Positions 35,849 through 64,000 of a stretch of DNA of 64,000 bases are shown here, piece by piece; within the stretch, counting starts at the first letter, position 1, and every line of letters begins with the position of its first letter. The translations under genes and the position numbers were made by a program. Location: assembly GCA_039096225.1 (NCBI GenBank), contig JBBPEB010000021.1:930001-994000 (forward strand), in the 5' to 3' direction. This DNA comes from Blastocystis sp. Blastoise. Its lineage: Eukaryota; Protista; Bigyra: Opalinata. The notes below the pieces were generated by a model that saw only the letters and a program-made list of their open reading frames with translations, did no database searches and was not told the origin of the DNA.

Positions 35849-36359
35849 AAACCTGAAAAAATGTCCATAGTGATTATGTATTCCAAATAAATTATTATTG
35901 TTTAAGATTTTGATTTTTGTTTAGTCTCAATTTAAAATAGAATAATAAAAAATGGGTTTGAAAAAATATATATTAGTGATTAATCAGCGTGTAAGTTGAG
36001 TATTTGTTATACTTAATGCTCTTAGATGATTGAATAAATACGTATATGTATAGTGGATATCATGTTAACGTAGAAAACAAAATGAATAGACAATAACAAG
36101 TATATGTATACTTCAATATTACAGAATAAAAAAATAAAAATAAAAGAATCAAAAAAATTAAAACTAAGACGAATAGTGAAGTATTATCAAATAAATAAAT
36201 AAGGTTATGTATAATAAACCCCTATATATATAAAGGAAAGATAAGAAATAAAAATCAAGAAACAAAAAAATAGTGTTATATTAATAAGAAAAAAAGATTA
36301 AAAATTTTATGTATTTGTATTGTGTATATGTAAATATAACATTAATATGGATATATATA

Positions 36360-36401
36360 TTAATTATCAGTCATATCTATATCACAATGTATAGTATCTT
36401 G

Positions 36402-36450
<49 letters not shown>

Positions 36451-39276
36451 GATTGATTAGTTGTAGAAGGAATAAATGAATTAGAATTGATGGATGAAGA
36501 GGAAGAGAAAGTAGATATATTTTGTGAGGTAGATATAGGAACAGAAGAAGGAATAGGAATAGGAATAGAAGAAGAAGAAGGAATAGGAACAGAAGAAGGA
36601 ATAGGAATAGGAATAGAAGAAGAAGAAGGAATAGGAATAGAAGAAGGAGGAATAGGAATAGAAGAAGAAGAAGGAATAGGAATAGAAGAAGAAGAAGAAG
36701 AAGAAGGCATAGGAATAGAAGAAGAAGAAGGAATAGAAGAAGAAGAAGATTTTGATTGTTCTATTGCTGTACTTTCATATAAATTAATTAGTTTTTCAAC
36801 TTGATCTGAATCCAATGGACTTTCAAAAACATTTTTATTATACTATAAGAAAAAGTATTAGTATTATATAGTTAATTATGAATTTTATAAATAAAAAAAA
36901 TATATATATTAAGTATATATATAAATATTTAATATATAGCTAAATAAATAAATAAATAAATTACTTAATTATACATAATAAAATGAATTAATATATATAC
37001 ATAATGTAGGATTCCTCTAATTTGGTTTTCATGTAGTGCTGGATATTTCTTTACGAGAACAACTTCAACTTGGGCACCGAAATAAGTATGAGGATTATTA
37101 TTGACATTTATATTATTGGGATTAATAGGCCAACTAGAATATATATAGTTATTATATGTATTATATGTATTATAGTATATATAATTAACAAAAGAAAATG
37201 AAATAATTAATAATTAATACGCATTCTATAAAAATATAACTATTCATAATTTTGCATATATACTATAATAATATTAATACTAAGAATATTACTCTTTATA
37301 TATATATATATATATATATACGGGTAGCACCAGGCATCACTATGTATATAAAGCGAAGGAGATTCTTTGGCTTGAAAACATCCATATAACTGCCTAGTGG
37401 TCTTATTAAATAAGAAGAGCTTCGTATCCATGGGATTCTATATATATATATTATTATTCTTATTATTCTTATTAATCGAATTAAATAAAATATCCAATAT
37501 TTATTTATGAGAAAATCAAATAGAAAAATTATATATATATATATATATATATAATACATACAATAATACGTTGAATCATATTAATATAAGGAGTTGGCGC
37601 GCCAAATAAATGGCGCTCAAGGCATTCCCTGAATGTATGTTCTGAAGATATAAATATATAGCCATTATATATCTTGGTAGGCTATATAGAATAATATAGT
37701 AGAATAGAGTATACTAAATAATGAATAATTTATATATATAATAATATATAAAAATATAATATAATATAATATAATATACATCAACTTCATGAGGATAAAC
37801 TTTTAATGTTTTCTTTGATAACCGCGGTAATTCCATCTTATGACTTGTATGTAATTTTGGCACTTTATATTGAGGATTTGCGAGAGTTTCTTTAAGGGCA
37901 TCCTATAATAATAATAATATACATAATTATAATAATATACATAATTATAATAATATACATAATTATAATAATATGAAGAAGAAGAAAACAAAACAATTAG
38001 AGAAATAAAAAAAAACGAAATAATAAATAAATTAAATGATTACTATAAATATAACCAAGTATTTTATCAGTTAAATTAATATATATATATATACATGAAT
38101 CTTTTGATTAATCACTTCATCTAAGATATCAGATTTTGTTAATTTCTGAATAAGTTTATTTTGTATAATATTAGAATCTATATAGTATATATTAATTATT
38201 ATATTATATAATATGTAACAAGAGATGACAAATATATAATAAACATAATAATAATAAATATAATAATAAAAAAAATAATAAACATACTAATTCCAAGTTC
38301 TTTTTCAATTCCATTCTTAATAGTTTGATTAAGTGTTTGTTCTTCTTTTACTTCTTTTATAAATTCAGCATCTACTTCTACTTCTCCTTCTTCAGATATA
38401 TCATCATCCTCTATATATATATATAATATATATATAGTACACAAAAAACATTTATATAATATACAAAAAATTTATAAATATACAAAAAATTTATATATAA
38501 TACATAATATTTATATAATAACATAATATTTATATAATATACATAATATTTATATAATATACATAACATTTATCTAATATACATCACTTTTAAATATGAA
38601 ATATATATATATATATACCATTTAAAGAATGAGAGGACTTGGTCTGTTTATTAATATCCCTATATATATAATTACATATATATATAAATAACATATATAC
38701 TGTTCTTTCATTTGTGATTTCTTAATAAAATCTTCAGGGTGATCTTCTTTATATTGTTTAAGAATAATCATTAAGGAACTAGGATCTGATGAATATAAAA
38801 AATTCACAAAATTCTATATATATAAATTATTTAAAAAATGTGAAAAATATATACTTTGAGTGCATTATTATTCATTTCTGATGTAATACTTTCAAAGGTG
38901 GCTTCTTCTTGCTCTTCCTGTATTGGTTCATCAATGATAGGTACTAAAATAGAATTATTAGGTAATAAACATAATGAATTACAAATACATACCACTGTCT
39001 ATGCAATCCAGTTGCTTTTGTTTCTTGTATTCATCGACAGTAAGAATCATATCTTTTATAATATCTTTATCACACAGAATACAAGAAAAAGTTGAATTAT
39101 CATCTAGGTTGTTTGTCTTCATCCATCTATCGTAACAAGACTTGCATCTAAAGTAAAATGACGAGAATAAAGAAAAAACAAATAAAAATGTACATTTTGT
39201 TAGTACAACAGGTCACAACGTAGTCTGTAGAACTCAACCTACATATCGCACAAGATGGCACATCGTCGTTACTCAT
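36360..39276 (-). CDS. RING-like zinc finger plus DCD (development and cell death) domain protein
   Basis: N-terminal CAIC-x10-CC-x4-CKSC...CILC. C-terminal GYIFISSEHTFRECLERHLFGAP...KLFLFNKTTRQLYGCFQA...FGAQVEV...LDSDQVEKLINLY matches the DCD consensus. Ser/Pro/Ile-rich repeat tail. Confidence 0.8.
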
Positions 39277-39541
39277 AGAGAATATATATGATTTGAAAAC
39301 GGTAGATTTAAATAAATAAAATGATCCTATATAATCTAGAATAATATCATTCGTATACTTGTGAAAAACAAATATTCCGTGGGAGAAATGTTTTCAAAAA
39401 AAATTCACAAAATTTAAAAATGGCTCACGACAAGAGAGATTTACGCGATTAAAAGTCCAGTTTTGAATATTTATTATTCTTTAATTATCACCTTAATTCA
39501 TTATTTGATTTCTACATGTTTTGGTGTGAAAAGAGTATTCG

Positions 39542-40393
39542 ATGAGTCTGAACTATTATGAACTATTTGAAAATGCGCTGAACACAAATCCACAACAATT
39601 TTGTATGTTTTGTGCTATATTTATTGATTTATGTAGTTCCTACAAGTATATTACAACAATATATGAATGAAATGTACACAAAGAAAGACCAACTATCTAA
39701 AACAGATATGAATACTCTCGTATTGTTTTCAGAAGTACTTATCAATTATCCATATGATATCCGATATCATGTCGTAGTCTATGTATATAGATATGCTGTT
39801 ATTATTTAGATATTAATAATAATTATTATTTCAATGAGCTAAGAATACTCTATTTAGGAATTTTATCTTTATTGTAGTTTGAACAGTTCTCGAACATTGT
39901 TAAATATATTTTTATCTATGTTTTGCACGTTCTCTGCAGAGCGAATTTCCTATTTTGAAGATTTAGTTAAACATATTGGAGAAAATATATTATTATATTT
40001 AGATGTATGTGAATTTAATCTTGATACTCTTCTTACCTTTTGTTTTCCTTATATAAATGAAGAAGATCTATATAATATGGCATTATACTCTAAAAAGAAT
40101 GTTCGAATTCATGTATATTTTTGTTTATTTGTTTTATTTATTATTATTTTTTTATTTAATTTTTTTTTATTGTATTATTCATTTATTTTTTATAATATTA
40201 TATATAATATTTTTTGTATATAATGTTATATATATATAAATAGGTAATAAGAAGAATATCAAAATTGGATCTTCAATCGATATATACTTTTTTTTCGGAA
40301 TACGTATATTGATAAAAATTATTTATATGAAACTATATGATAATATATTTATAGAATTTTGTGGTATTACAGTTATTTCTTGATAGAGATGAA

Positions 40394-40431
<38 letters not shown>

Positions 40432-41100
40432 TATTATTTCTCTATAATTTTATTCTTCTCTTTTTTAAACATATCTATATATATAGTTGTTTAATGAATG
40501 TTTAAATATGTTAACAACAATATTGCCACTTCTTAGTTTAACTTTATTAAATGATTTCATTTCTCAACTTATTAATAAACTCTCGAATAGTTCAGAATCT
40601 ATTCTTGTTATTCATTTTATACAAATACTAAAAACTATTATTATGTATATACATATATTCATCGTATATATTATTATATAACATTATAACTTGTATACTC
40701 AAATAATGTAGTCTATACATATTCATATATTATTATCTAATTATAATTTACATTCTAAAATGATATCGTTTATACATTTATATTATTTCAGCTATTATAT
40801 ATATATCTAGTTCTTATCCTTATTTTTTAAAGCCAAATTATATATCACTTCTTTTAGATTATTCAGAAATTAACGAATTAAGGTATTTTATTTATATAAA
40901 TAAATCAATAGTGATTCATAGAAGCATTCTTATATATATATATATATATTTAACAATCAAATATTTTTTTTTTCTTTCTTTATAGACCTGTAGTGTTAGA
41001 CTTTTTTAAATCTGTTCCTTTGTTTACCAAATTTATCTTCTCCCAAATTCATTTATATTATTCTGATTGCACTATTGACCAGTTTCATTGGCTGAGCTAG
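39542..41100 (+). CDS. hypothetical helical protein, multi-intron
   Basis: ATG at 39542 (MSLNYYELFENAL) and in-frame spliced exons to TAG at 41098-41100. No family recognised. Confidence 0.55.
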
Positions 41101-41482
41101 TACTCCACTTTCTAATCAAAAATAAGTTTTTCTTATTCATCTTGGTATCACTTCAATAAAGATAAAAATACAATCAAAAATAATTTCCTTTTTCTCTTTT
41201 TCTCTTTTCTATCACATTACCTTTTAAGCTTGTATATAACTTGTATATTCATTTGTTCGTCAGAATAACTATTTTTACATAGTAAACAAACATCTAAAAC
41301 AAGACCAACGAAACCATTCATTTCATTGGTTCATTTCCTTTTCTCTAACGCCATTACTGAATAATATAATTGTTTCCCCTACAAAACAAAGATAACCGTG
41401 AATATCTATGTTGACTGTTTGATAATGAAGTGAATGTATTCCTATCCAAGTCCATTGTTGTTTTTCTTTTGTGTGTTATTAA

Positions 41483-44789
<3,307 letters not shown>

Positions 44790-45077
44790 TAACAATTATT
44801 TATGAATATAAATATTTATAATAAATTGAGATTTATAATATGTATTCTTTCTACTTTTTTCAATTGTTGTTTATTATGTATTTTCTTGTCTTACTTATTA
44901 TTAGAATCTCATTAGCATTTCAATATTCTATTCATTTTCGTTTCGTTTGTATATAAACTGATTTATGACATAATCATTCAATCAATCACTATTAATATAT
45001 TTGTTTATACAAATCAATATCAATATAATAATTCTGTTAACAAAACAGCAGAGAAAACAAACAATTAAAACAACTAT

Positions 45078-45238
45078 TTAAGGTATAACTTTGATAATAA
45101 GAGAACAATTATCACATTCAATTAATTCGATTCCTTCATCTATATCTTGTTGGGTAATCTATATTATATGATTTGTTTACTTTAAAAAAAGTTTCTTATA
45201 AAGAATAAGAAAGATTTTTATCAAGAAAATATCTTAAG

Positions 45239-45272
<34 letters not shown>

Positions 45273-45638
45273 TTACTTCATAGGTACCACCACATCTGCA
45301 ATTAAATACATAATTCTCACCATCAAAAGAAAACTCATCAAGTTTGATTTCATCACTAATTCCAATATCATTTATATTTGCTGAAAATATAAAATAATTA
45401 CAAAAATATAATATATATGAATATAAAATCAAAAAGATTTACAAAAAAAAGTTTGATCATATTGTTCTCTTTTTTTTGTATCACTCAGCGTCTGCCACGC
45501 TTCCTGAATATCACTAAATAATGATTCGTCGTGTGACTTGTCTGGATGATATACTAATGCTAGTTTACGATATGCTTTCTTTATATCATCAAATGAAGCT
45601 GTATTTTCAACTCCAAGAATTAAATAATAGTTTTTCAT
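45078..45638 (-). CDS. DPH4: diphthamide biosynthesis protein 4 (J domain plus CSL zinc finger), 2 introns
   Basis: NYYLILGV...KKAYRKLALVYHPDK J domain, then FNCRCGGTYE|ITQQDIDEGIELIECDNCSLIIKVI (CSL finger). Confidence 0.92.
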
Positions 45639-45743
45639 TTTACGCAAAAATTAACAAAATAAATCTAGAAAATAATTTCAAAAATTATATTCGTGTCACT
45701 TTACTATATATATATTGTTTTTATTGATAGAAATTTAATTTTT

Positions 45744-47614
45744 ATGTTCAACAGAGGTACGTGGAGACTTCTGAACTTCTCAAAAGAAATTTTGAAAGGT
45801 AATGAATTAACTGGTTTTATTAATTATTGTTTTTCATAGATAATAATGCATTAGCAAGATCCGTGTCCTATAAAAAACTATTTGATATAAAAAACTTTAG
45901 ATTGGATGATATTACAAAGCAAGAATTGGAGCATTTAAAATGTTTAGTGAAAGATTATATAAATACTTTTACAGAATTTGATGAAATTCAACAGTTGAAG
46001 AAGGTGACATCAAATAGCGAGCAGAAAGTAACGGAGACAATGTCTCGTGTGCATCATGTTAAAAAAGAAATAGAAGTAAGATATTCTTATATACAGAATT
46101 TTATTATATTCCTTTTTTTAGGAAACTAAGAAGAAATTACATGATATTACATATGATTATAATCACTACTTAAATAAGGTAGAAAGAACAGATGAGGACA
46201 ATATAAAATTAGAACAATTAACAAACACAAGAGCTCAATATAGAAAACATGTCAATGATTTACGTCAAGATTATGCTGGGTATATATATATATATATGTA
46301 TTTATTATTTGATTGAATATTTGTACTTATTTTATTATATATATAAATATTTGATTGAATATTTAAAAATTTTTTTATTTTATATATATATGTATTATAG
46401 AATTCTTCTTGAATATATATACATATTAGTTATCTATACTTGATAATAAATATTTATATATATATGATTATAAATATAGGAAAATGAAGTTACAAAGTGC
46501 TTATTTGATTGGATATCAGACTAATTTAACTAAATTAAGTGAGAAAGAAACTTCGTGGGAATGGAAAACAAACCTTAAAGGTAGGGTAACCTATATTTTT
46601 TATAGATGGTCTACTATACTCTTTGATATATATTTAAATGAATATTTTACATTTTATTATGATCATTATATATATATATAACATGTTTAGAGTTATTTAT
46701 ATCTGTGAATTATATATAAATATATATAATATTATGTATGAATAGGTTGGGGTATATATGCGTTAACTATAATGATAAACATGATTATTTCATTTTATTC
46801 ACGAAAACGGTTTATGAAACTACGAGCATCTAATGATATTACTGAAGTATATATATATATATGTTGTTTTATATTATATATATATTTTTTAGTTTATATT
46901 ATTATATATATAGTATATAATAATATATAATATATAATATAATATATAATATAATACATAATATATAATATATAATATATAGAAAGAACTAAAAGATAAA
47001 TATTTTATTATAAATTTAGTATCTGAGTTGAGTAAATATTATGAAAAAATAAATGAATTAGATTCATTAGGAATTGTATATATGTATTATTTGTTGATTT
47101 CTTTTAAAATAATATATTCATATTTATAATATCACTCACTCTCTTCTATTTTAGTTTTTGATCAATTATACCTATATATTATATAGGATGAAGATCTATA
47201 TAAAGCAACAAATGAATCGCTACAGTTATTAACAGAAGATATTCCTCCAACGAATATATCGACATTACATGAGAATAAACAAGAGAATTCTTCTTCTTCT
47301 TCTTCTTCTACTTCTTCTATTGTGACTAAATCTTCTATGGAATCAACTTCTGAAAATATAAAAGAATCTTCAAAAACACAATATATAAACAATCAATCTA
47401 ACTTGAAACAAGGTATATATATATATAATGTTTTCTTTTCATTATTATACTACCATATAGTATCTATTCTATTCATGATTCTATAGAAACTCCAACTACA
47501 CTAGAATCAATAGAAACAGAAGTACAAGAGTCTGAATGGATATTCCCATCATCTTCTACCTTATATATACCATTAATTATTGTTATTGCTCAAATATTTG
47601 GATTTGTATTATAA
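45744..47614 (+). CDS. She9/Mdm33/CCDC51-like mitochondrial inner-membrane coiled-coil protein
   Basis: Presequence-like MFNRGTWRLLNFS, coiled coil DYINTFTEFDEIQQLKKVTSNSEQK...LNKVERTDED, SEKETSWEWKTNLKGWGIY followed by a TM segment, and a second C-terminal TM segment. This is the She9/CCDC51 architecture, judged by eye. Confidence 0.55.
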
Positions 47615-48333
47615 TATTATTCCTTTAGATACAATATTATTATTTTTTTCCACTTTTTTCCTTTTTTTTATTATATAAATACTATACTATTTTGTTTGGT
47701 TTTTCAGATATTTATGTCTACACTTATATATACTCAAATATCATGAATTAACGCTTCTTTAATCAGAAAAAAATTATTGACAACTAATATTAATTTAGCA
47801 TTTTCATGAATAGCATCATTCCACTATCTATGCCCATATAATTATTCATCAAAACAGTCAATATATCACACATTAGTCACTTTTTTTTGGTTTCTATAAA
47901 CTCAATTAAAATGAAATAATATTTATCAATATATGATAATAAGAATCTATTATACAAAAGCTCATTTTATCAAATCATTATTGAATACGACATCATATAA
48001 TGTTGACATGATGATTAAGAGAAAAATGAATGGGCCCATAAGAAGATAAATTAGGTCTTTCATTTGGAAATACCTGCAAAGTCAATAGACTTCTTGAATA
48101 ACTATTGGGTCTAGTTCTTTTTTTGATTGTAACTGATGGATTATTGGTTATAATAAATGCAAATGATTGCAGTTTCCACTCTTCTGTCTGATCACCATAC
48201 TATTCCATAATCACTATACATGAAATCGTCCTAAATTCATCACTATACGTTTTAGCTTTATTCAAAAAAATTGACACAGAATTATCATAATTTATTGTTT
48301 TTCCTATCTTATTTCGAAATCTTTCTATTAGAG

Positions 48334-49290
48334 ATGAGAACTATTGCTATCTTATTTAGCGTCTTTGCTTTATTTGCTGTTGCTCAGAACCTTCAAGCTT
48401 CTACTACTACTGATGTTAATGCTGATTGGAGACAAGCTTTCAATGCTGCTCTTGCCAGAGTTATATCTAGTGGAGAATTCCTTGAACTTAGATCTAAATG
48501 GGAAATTAGCGAAATTATTGCTTGTTTCACTTGTGCTCCTTCTCCTTCTGTTATGCCTTATCCTCCTGCTTCCTCTGCTACTGGTAAACTTAAGAAGATT
48601 CTTGCTAATAAAGAAATCGTTATTACTGGATATTACTACAATGATTTACCTTCTGGTAATTATATGGTAGATCCTCCTGTAGGTTTTTGGCCTGAATATT
48701 TCTCTCTTATTGTCAGTAAACTTTCTGAAGAATATGGTCAACTCAATATCAAGAGACTCTATTTCAAATCTTCACTTGATGCTTTAGATGCTGTTGCTAC
48801 TGGAAAAGCTGATATTTCTGAATTATATTATGTTATTGGTGGTTTTTATAATGGAAGACCTAGAATTGAAGCTTTTGATATTCCTTGTACTGCTGGTGCT
48901 TATGAATCATCTGCTTGGACTGCTTCTACTTCTTCTATTACTTCTATGGATTCATTAAGAAATGCTATTACTAGAGGTGATAATAAGAAAGTTGGATTTA
49001 TGTCTACTGGTGATTTTAATGCTGTTGAAGCTGTTTTACCTTCTTCTGTCCAACCTGTTTATATTTTTGATGATGAAGAACTTCATCAAGCTGTTGTTAA
49101 TGGTACTCTCTTAGCTGTTGTCACTTCTTCTCGTCCTCCTGAAACTCCTGATATTCAAATCTTTGGATCGGGTGTCATTTCTCCTAGAACTGGATTTATT
49201 GGACGTGATGGTATTCTTAGTTCTACTATCACTATGTCTCTTCTTCTTCTTGTTTCTTTCGTTGGAATCGTTTTCTTTCAAATGATGTAA
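48334..49290 (+). CDS. secreted, C-terminally anchored protein with a type-2 periplasmic-binding (amino-acid SBP_bac_3-like) domain, circularly permuted, intronless
   Basis: Signal peptide MRTIAILFSVFALFAVA; GKLKKILANKEIVI, PVGFWPEY, ALDAVATGKADI, SITSMDSL...KKVG, AVVNGTLLAVV; hydrophobic C-terminus; strongly biased codon usage (GCT/CTT/ACT). Confidence 0.75.
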   Translation: MRTIAILFSVFALFAVAQNLQASTTTDVNADWRQAFNAALARVISSGEFLELRSKWEISEIIACFTCAPSPSVMPYPPASSATGKLKKILANKEIVITGYYYNDLPSGNYMVDPPVGFWPEYFSLIVSKLSEEYGQLNIKRLYFKSSLDALDAVATGKADISELYYVIGGFYNGRPRIEAFDIPCTAGAYESSAWTASTSSITSMDSLRNAITRGDNKKVGFMSTGDFNAVEAVLPSSVQPVYIFDDEELHQAVVNGTLLAVVTSSRPPETPDIQIFGSGVISPRTGFIGRDGILSSTITMSLLLLVSFVGIVFFQMM

Positions 49291-49724
49291 ACATATAAGA
49301 CGAAATCATTATTTAATAGGACTCTTTAATATATCATATTATTTTGCCCTTTTAAATTTGCTTCATATATATAAATTTTTAAAATTTATATATATATATT
49401 TTTTTTATTATTTATGCTTTTTTTTTTTTACTTTATATATTTGCCTGAAGAACCGTAACTTAAAATTAATTTCCAATAGTAAAAAAATTTTTTACTATTC
49501 TAAATATTGTCTATTGTCTAACTAATTTTTTTGTTTTGTTTCATTTTAATTAAGAAAAGTTTTTTAAATTAAAGTATAAGAGATATTCGTTGGAAACGAC
49601 GTCACATTACAAAATAAATGATTTTTTGTGTTTTTTTGGTTGTTAAAAAATAAATAAAACTGGGAATTTTTTCATTTTTTTAAAAGGTTTCTTGAATTGA
49701 TTTATACTCACTGAACAATACATT

Positions 49725-61986
<12,262 letters not shown>

Positions 61987-62212
61987 ACGATCCACAATTT
62001 ATATGTATATATAGAATAATTATTTCATATATTTTCTCTTCTTCACTTTTCAATACTCATAAAACTCTATATTCCAAGAGGATATAATGGTTTTATATTC
62101 AATTATTCTTTATTAACACTAGTGACATATAAAAATTTGCTTTGTTTTTAGTAATTATAAGAAACAATTAAAAAAATGTTTTAGTAACAAAAATATAAAG
62201 AATAAAAAGAAG

Positions 62213-62285
62213 CGCCCACCGGGGGGCTCGAACCCCCGACCACCAGGTTAAGAGCCTGGCGCTCTACCGACTGAGCTAGACGGGC
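62213..62285 (-). tRNA. tRNA-Lys(CTT)
   Basis: The reverse complement GCCCGTCTAGCTCAGTCGGTAGAGCGCCAGGCT-CTT-AACCTGGTGGTCGGGGGTTCGAGCCCCCCGGTGGGCG is a 73-nt cloverleaf followed by a T-run terminator. Confidence 0.97.
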
Positions 62286-62944
62286 TTAACGAGAGATTTC
62301 TTTTTATTTATATACTCATAGCAGAGTACACTTTATTGTTTATATATTCTAAAGTTTTTTTATGATAAAGAAAACCACTATATCAAAGGATAGGATACGA
62401 ATAACATTTTATAGACGACATATACATACAAATTTTTTTTTGTAGCATTATTATAATCTATGCTGTCATGTATAATTGCATTCTTGATACTTTTATTATC
62501 ATTGATGATTTATTTTTGAAGAAATCAACTTTTTCATCGTATATCCTAGATAAGCAAACTCAATAAAAACAAATAACTTGACGATCCGGTGTTCAAAGTA
62601 CTTCTAGATATGTTTTTGATTTAAATGTTGAAAGAATTTAAGTTTCATTCAGCTATTGTTTAAAAAAGTTGTCAAAGATAAAAACCCTTCCCTAGAGATA
62701 CTCTATTGTACGCCATATGATTGCAAACTTGTTAAAAAAAGCTGAGATAGTTATACATCAAGAGAGTTTTTAGGACATTCTAAAAATTTTTTTTTTGTAT
62801 TCCAAACAAAACGAAAAACGCAATGAAATGATTCCATGGTTATTCTATAAATCTCTAGGTAAATTGCAATTTTTCTGTGATTAAATGAAGTGTACAGAAA
62901 AATAATATATATTTAGGACAGGTTTATTTCTTCTTTATCAGAAC

Positions 62945-64000
62945 ATGGAGATTATTTACGTGTTAGCATACTGCTCATGTTTGTTGTTTGTGTTCATGAC
63001 TTTTTATTTGGCTCAAGTAATTAATTCTCCTGTGTTTACTGTACAGTATATATATGGAGAAAAGAATGTGACATCAGCAAAAGAACAAATCAAGAACAGA
63101 GTTACAGTGAAGAAGTCTCTGGATTTGATCGAAACATCTTTAAATGAGGAAATTATAACCCGTTTTGATTTTACTTATGTTACGCAAACATCGTATATAT
63201 ATTGTTCGTTTGTATTTGATTCTAATATTATGATATATACAGTGCTGAAAGAATGTATTATTTTCCTGAGCTTCTATTGAGATGGCCTGGGTATATATTT
63301 ATTTATCTATTTGTATTATATTATATGTTTATGACTAAATATAGTGAATTCTCTGTTGCTATCTATGTTACTGGTGATATTGTTGAATCTACAAAACAAT
63401 ATATGAATAGTATTCAATTACCCAGTCGATTTCATGTAGTTTATTTACAACGTAATATTACTAATGAATATCCTATTAATACACTTCGTAATATGGCTAT
63501 TAAAGGTGTTCTTACAAGCCATTTCTGGCTAACTGATATGGACATGTGGCCTTCACGTATATATATTGTTATATATTGTTATTATATATATTGTTATATA
63601 TTGTTATTATATATATTGTTATATATTGTTATTATATATATTGTTATATTGTTTTTATAATATTATATATGTTTGTATTACTTTTTATGGCTATATATTG
63701 TTATAATTATTTTTATTATATATATTGTTATATTCTATTTTATTATATATATTGTTATATATTTTTTTATTTTTATAAATGTTTTTATTCCTTTTTATAG
63801 TTATATATAGTTATATTACTTTTATTTTATTATTAATAATTAATGGATATAATTTATTATATATATATATATAGCTAATCTTTATGATACCTTGCATGAA
63901 CTTCCTGATACAGAAAAAGAAAATAAGAAATTGGCGGTTATTGTTCCCGCCTTTCAATATAATAAATTCAGAGGAGTTTGTCGTGGATTTAATGACTGTC
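62945..64000 (+). CDS. glycosyltransferase family 49 (LARGE/B4GAT1-like), type II membrane protein, 3' end beyond window
   Basis: N-terminal TM segment, DFTYVTQTS|AERM, RWPG|EFSVAIYV, EYPINTLRNMAI, HFWLTDMDMWPS (DxD motif) and AVIVPAFQY. Confidence 0.85.

Larger units (their letters stand above)
27283..35872. mobile_element. CACTA (CMC/EnSpm-like) DNA transposon, apparently non-autonomous, about 8.6 kb
   Basis: Perfect 15-bp TIRs CACTATGGACATTTT (27283-27297) and AAAATGTCCATAGTG (35858-35872), a 3-bp TSD ATT (27280-27282 and 35873-35875), and subterminal repeats at both ends. No transposase ORF found. Confidence 0.88.

Noticed and set aside
36487-36804. + strand EEEEGIGI-repeat ORF (also antisense ORFs at 6632..7312, 47162..47392, 54115..54426, 60161..60562)
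   Set aside because: These are antisense shadows of real exons on the opposite strand.
48160-48195. ATGATT...GCAGTTTCCAC...CTGA resembling a tiny C/D snoRNA or U14 fragment
   Set aside because: It is only about 30 nt, has no terminal stem and has short complementarity, so chance is likely.

Overview
This is an extremely AT-rich, intron-rich eukaryotic window. Introns mostly read GTAT...TATAG and are often padded with (TAT)n or (TA)n microsatellites. Gene content and signals suggest a Blastocystis-like stramenopile; this is an inference from the TGTTTGTT 3' motif, a minor AT-AC intron, an organellar TrpRS, a GT49 gene and bacterial-type genes. I rebuilt about 18 protein genes by eye: an MFS transporter, a LOG-family protein, a PWWP/PHD protein, V-ATPase B, Vps16, organellar TrpRS, a DDRGK1-like protein, a RING+DCD protein, glycerol kinase, DPH4, a She9/CCDC51-like protein, a solute-binding-protein-like surface protein, DMXL/Rav1, GT49 and several hypotheticals. 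The window also holds tRNA-Lys(CTT) and a C/D snoRNA cluster (one U43/snR70-like gene and two U14 copies). The main observations are: (1) an 8.6-kb CACTA-type DNA transposon (15-bp TIRs, ATT TSD, subterminal repeats) with no recognisable transposase, carrying a ~3.8-kb almost G-free tract and host-style spliced exons with no clear ORF, inserted 137 bp upstream of a gene; (2) a U12-type AT-AC intron and an apparent GT-AT intron; (3) a circularly permuted bacterial-type amino-acid-binding domain in a secreted, anchored protein; (4) a dispersed ATCTCAGAT quasi-palindrome inside AAT tracts. No database searches were run.
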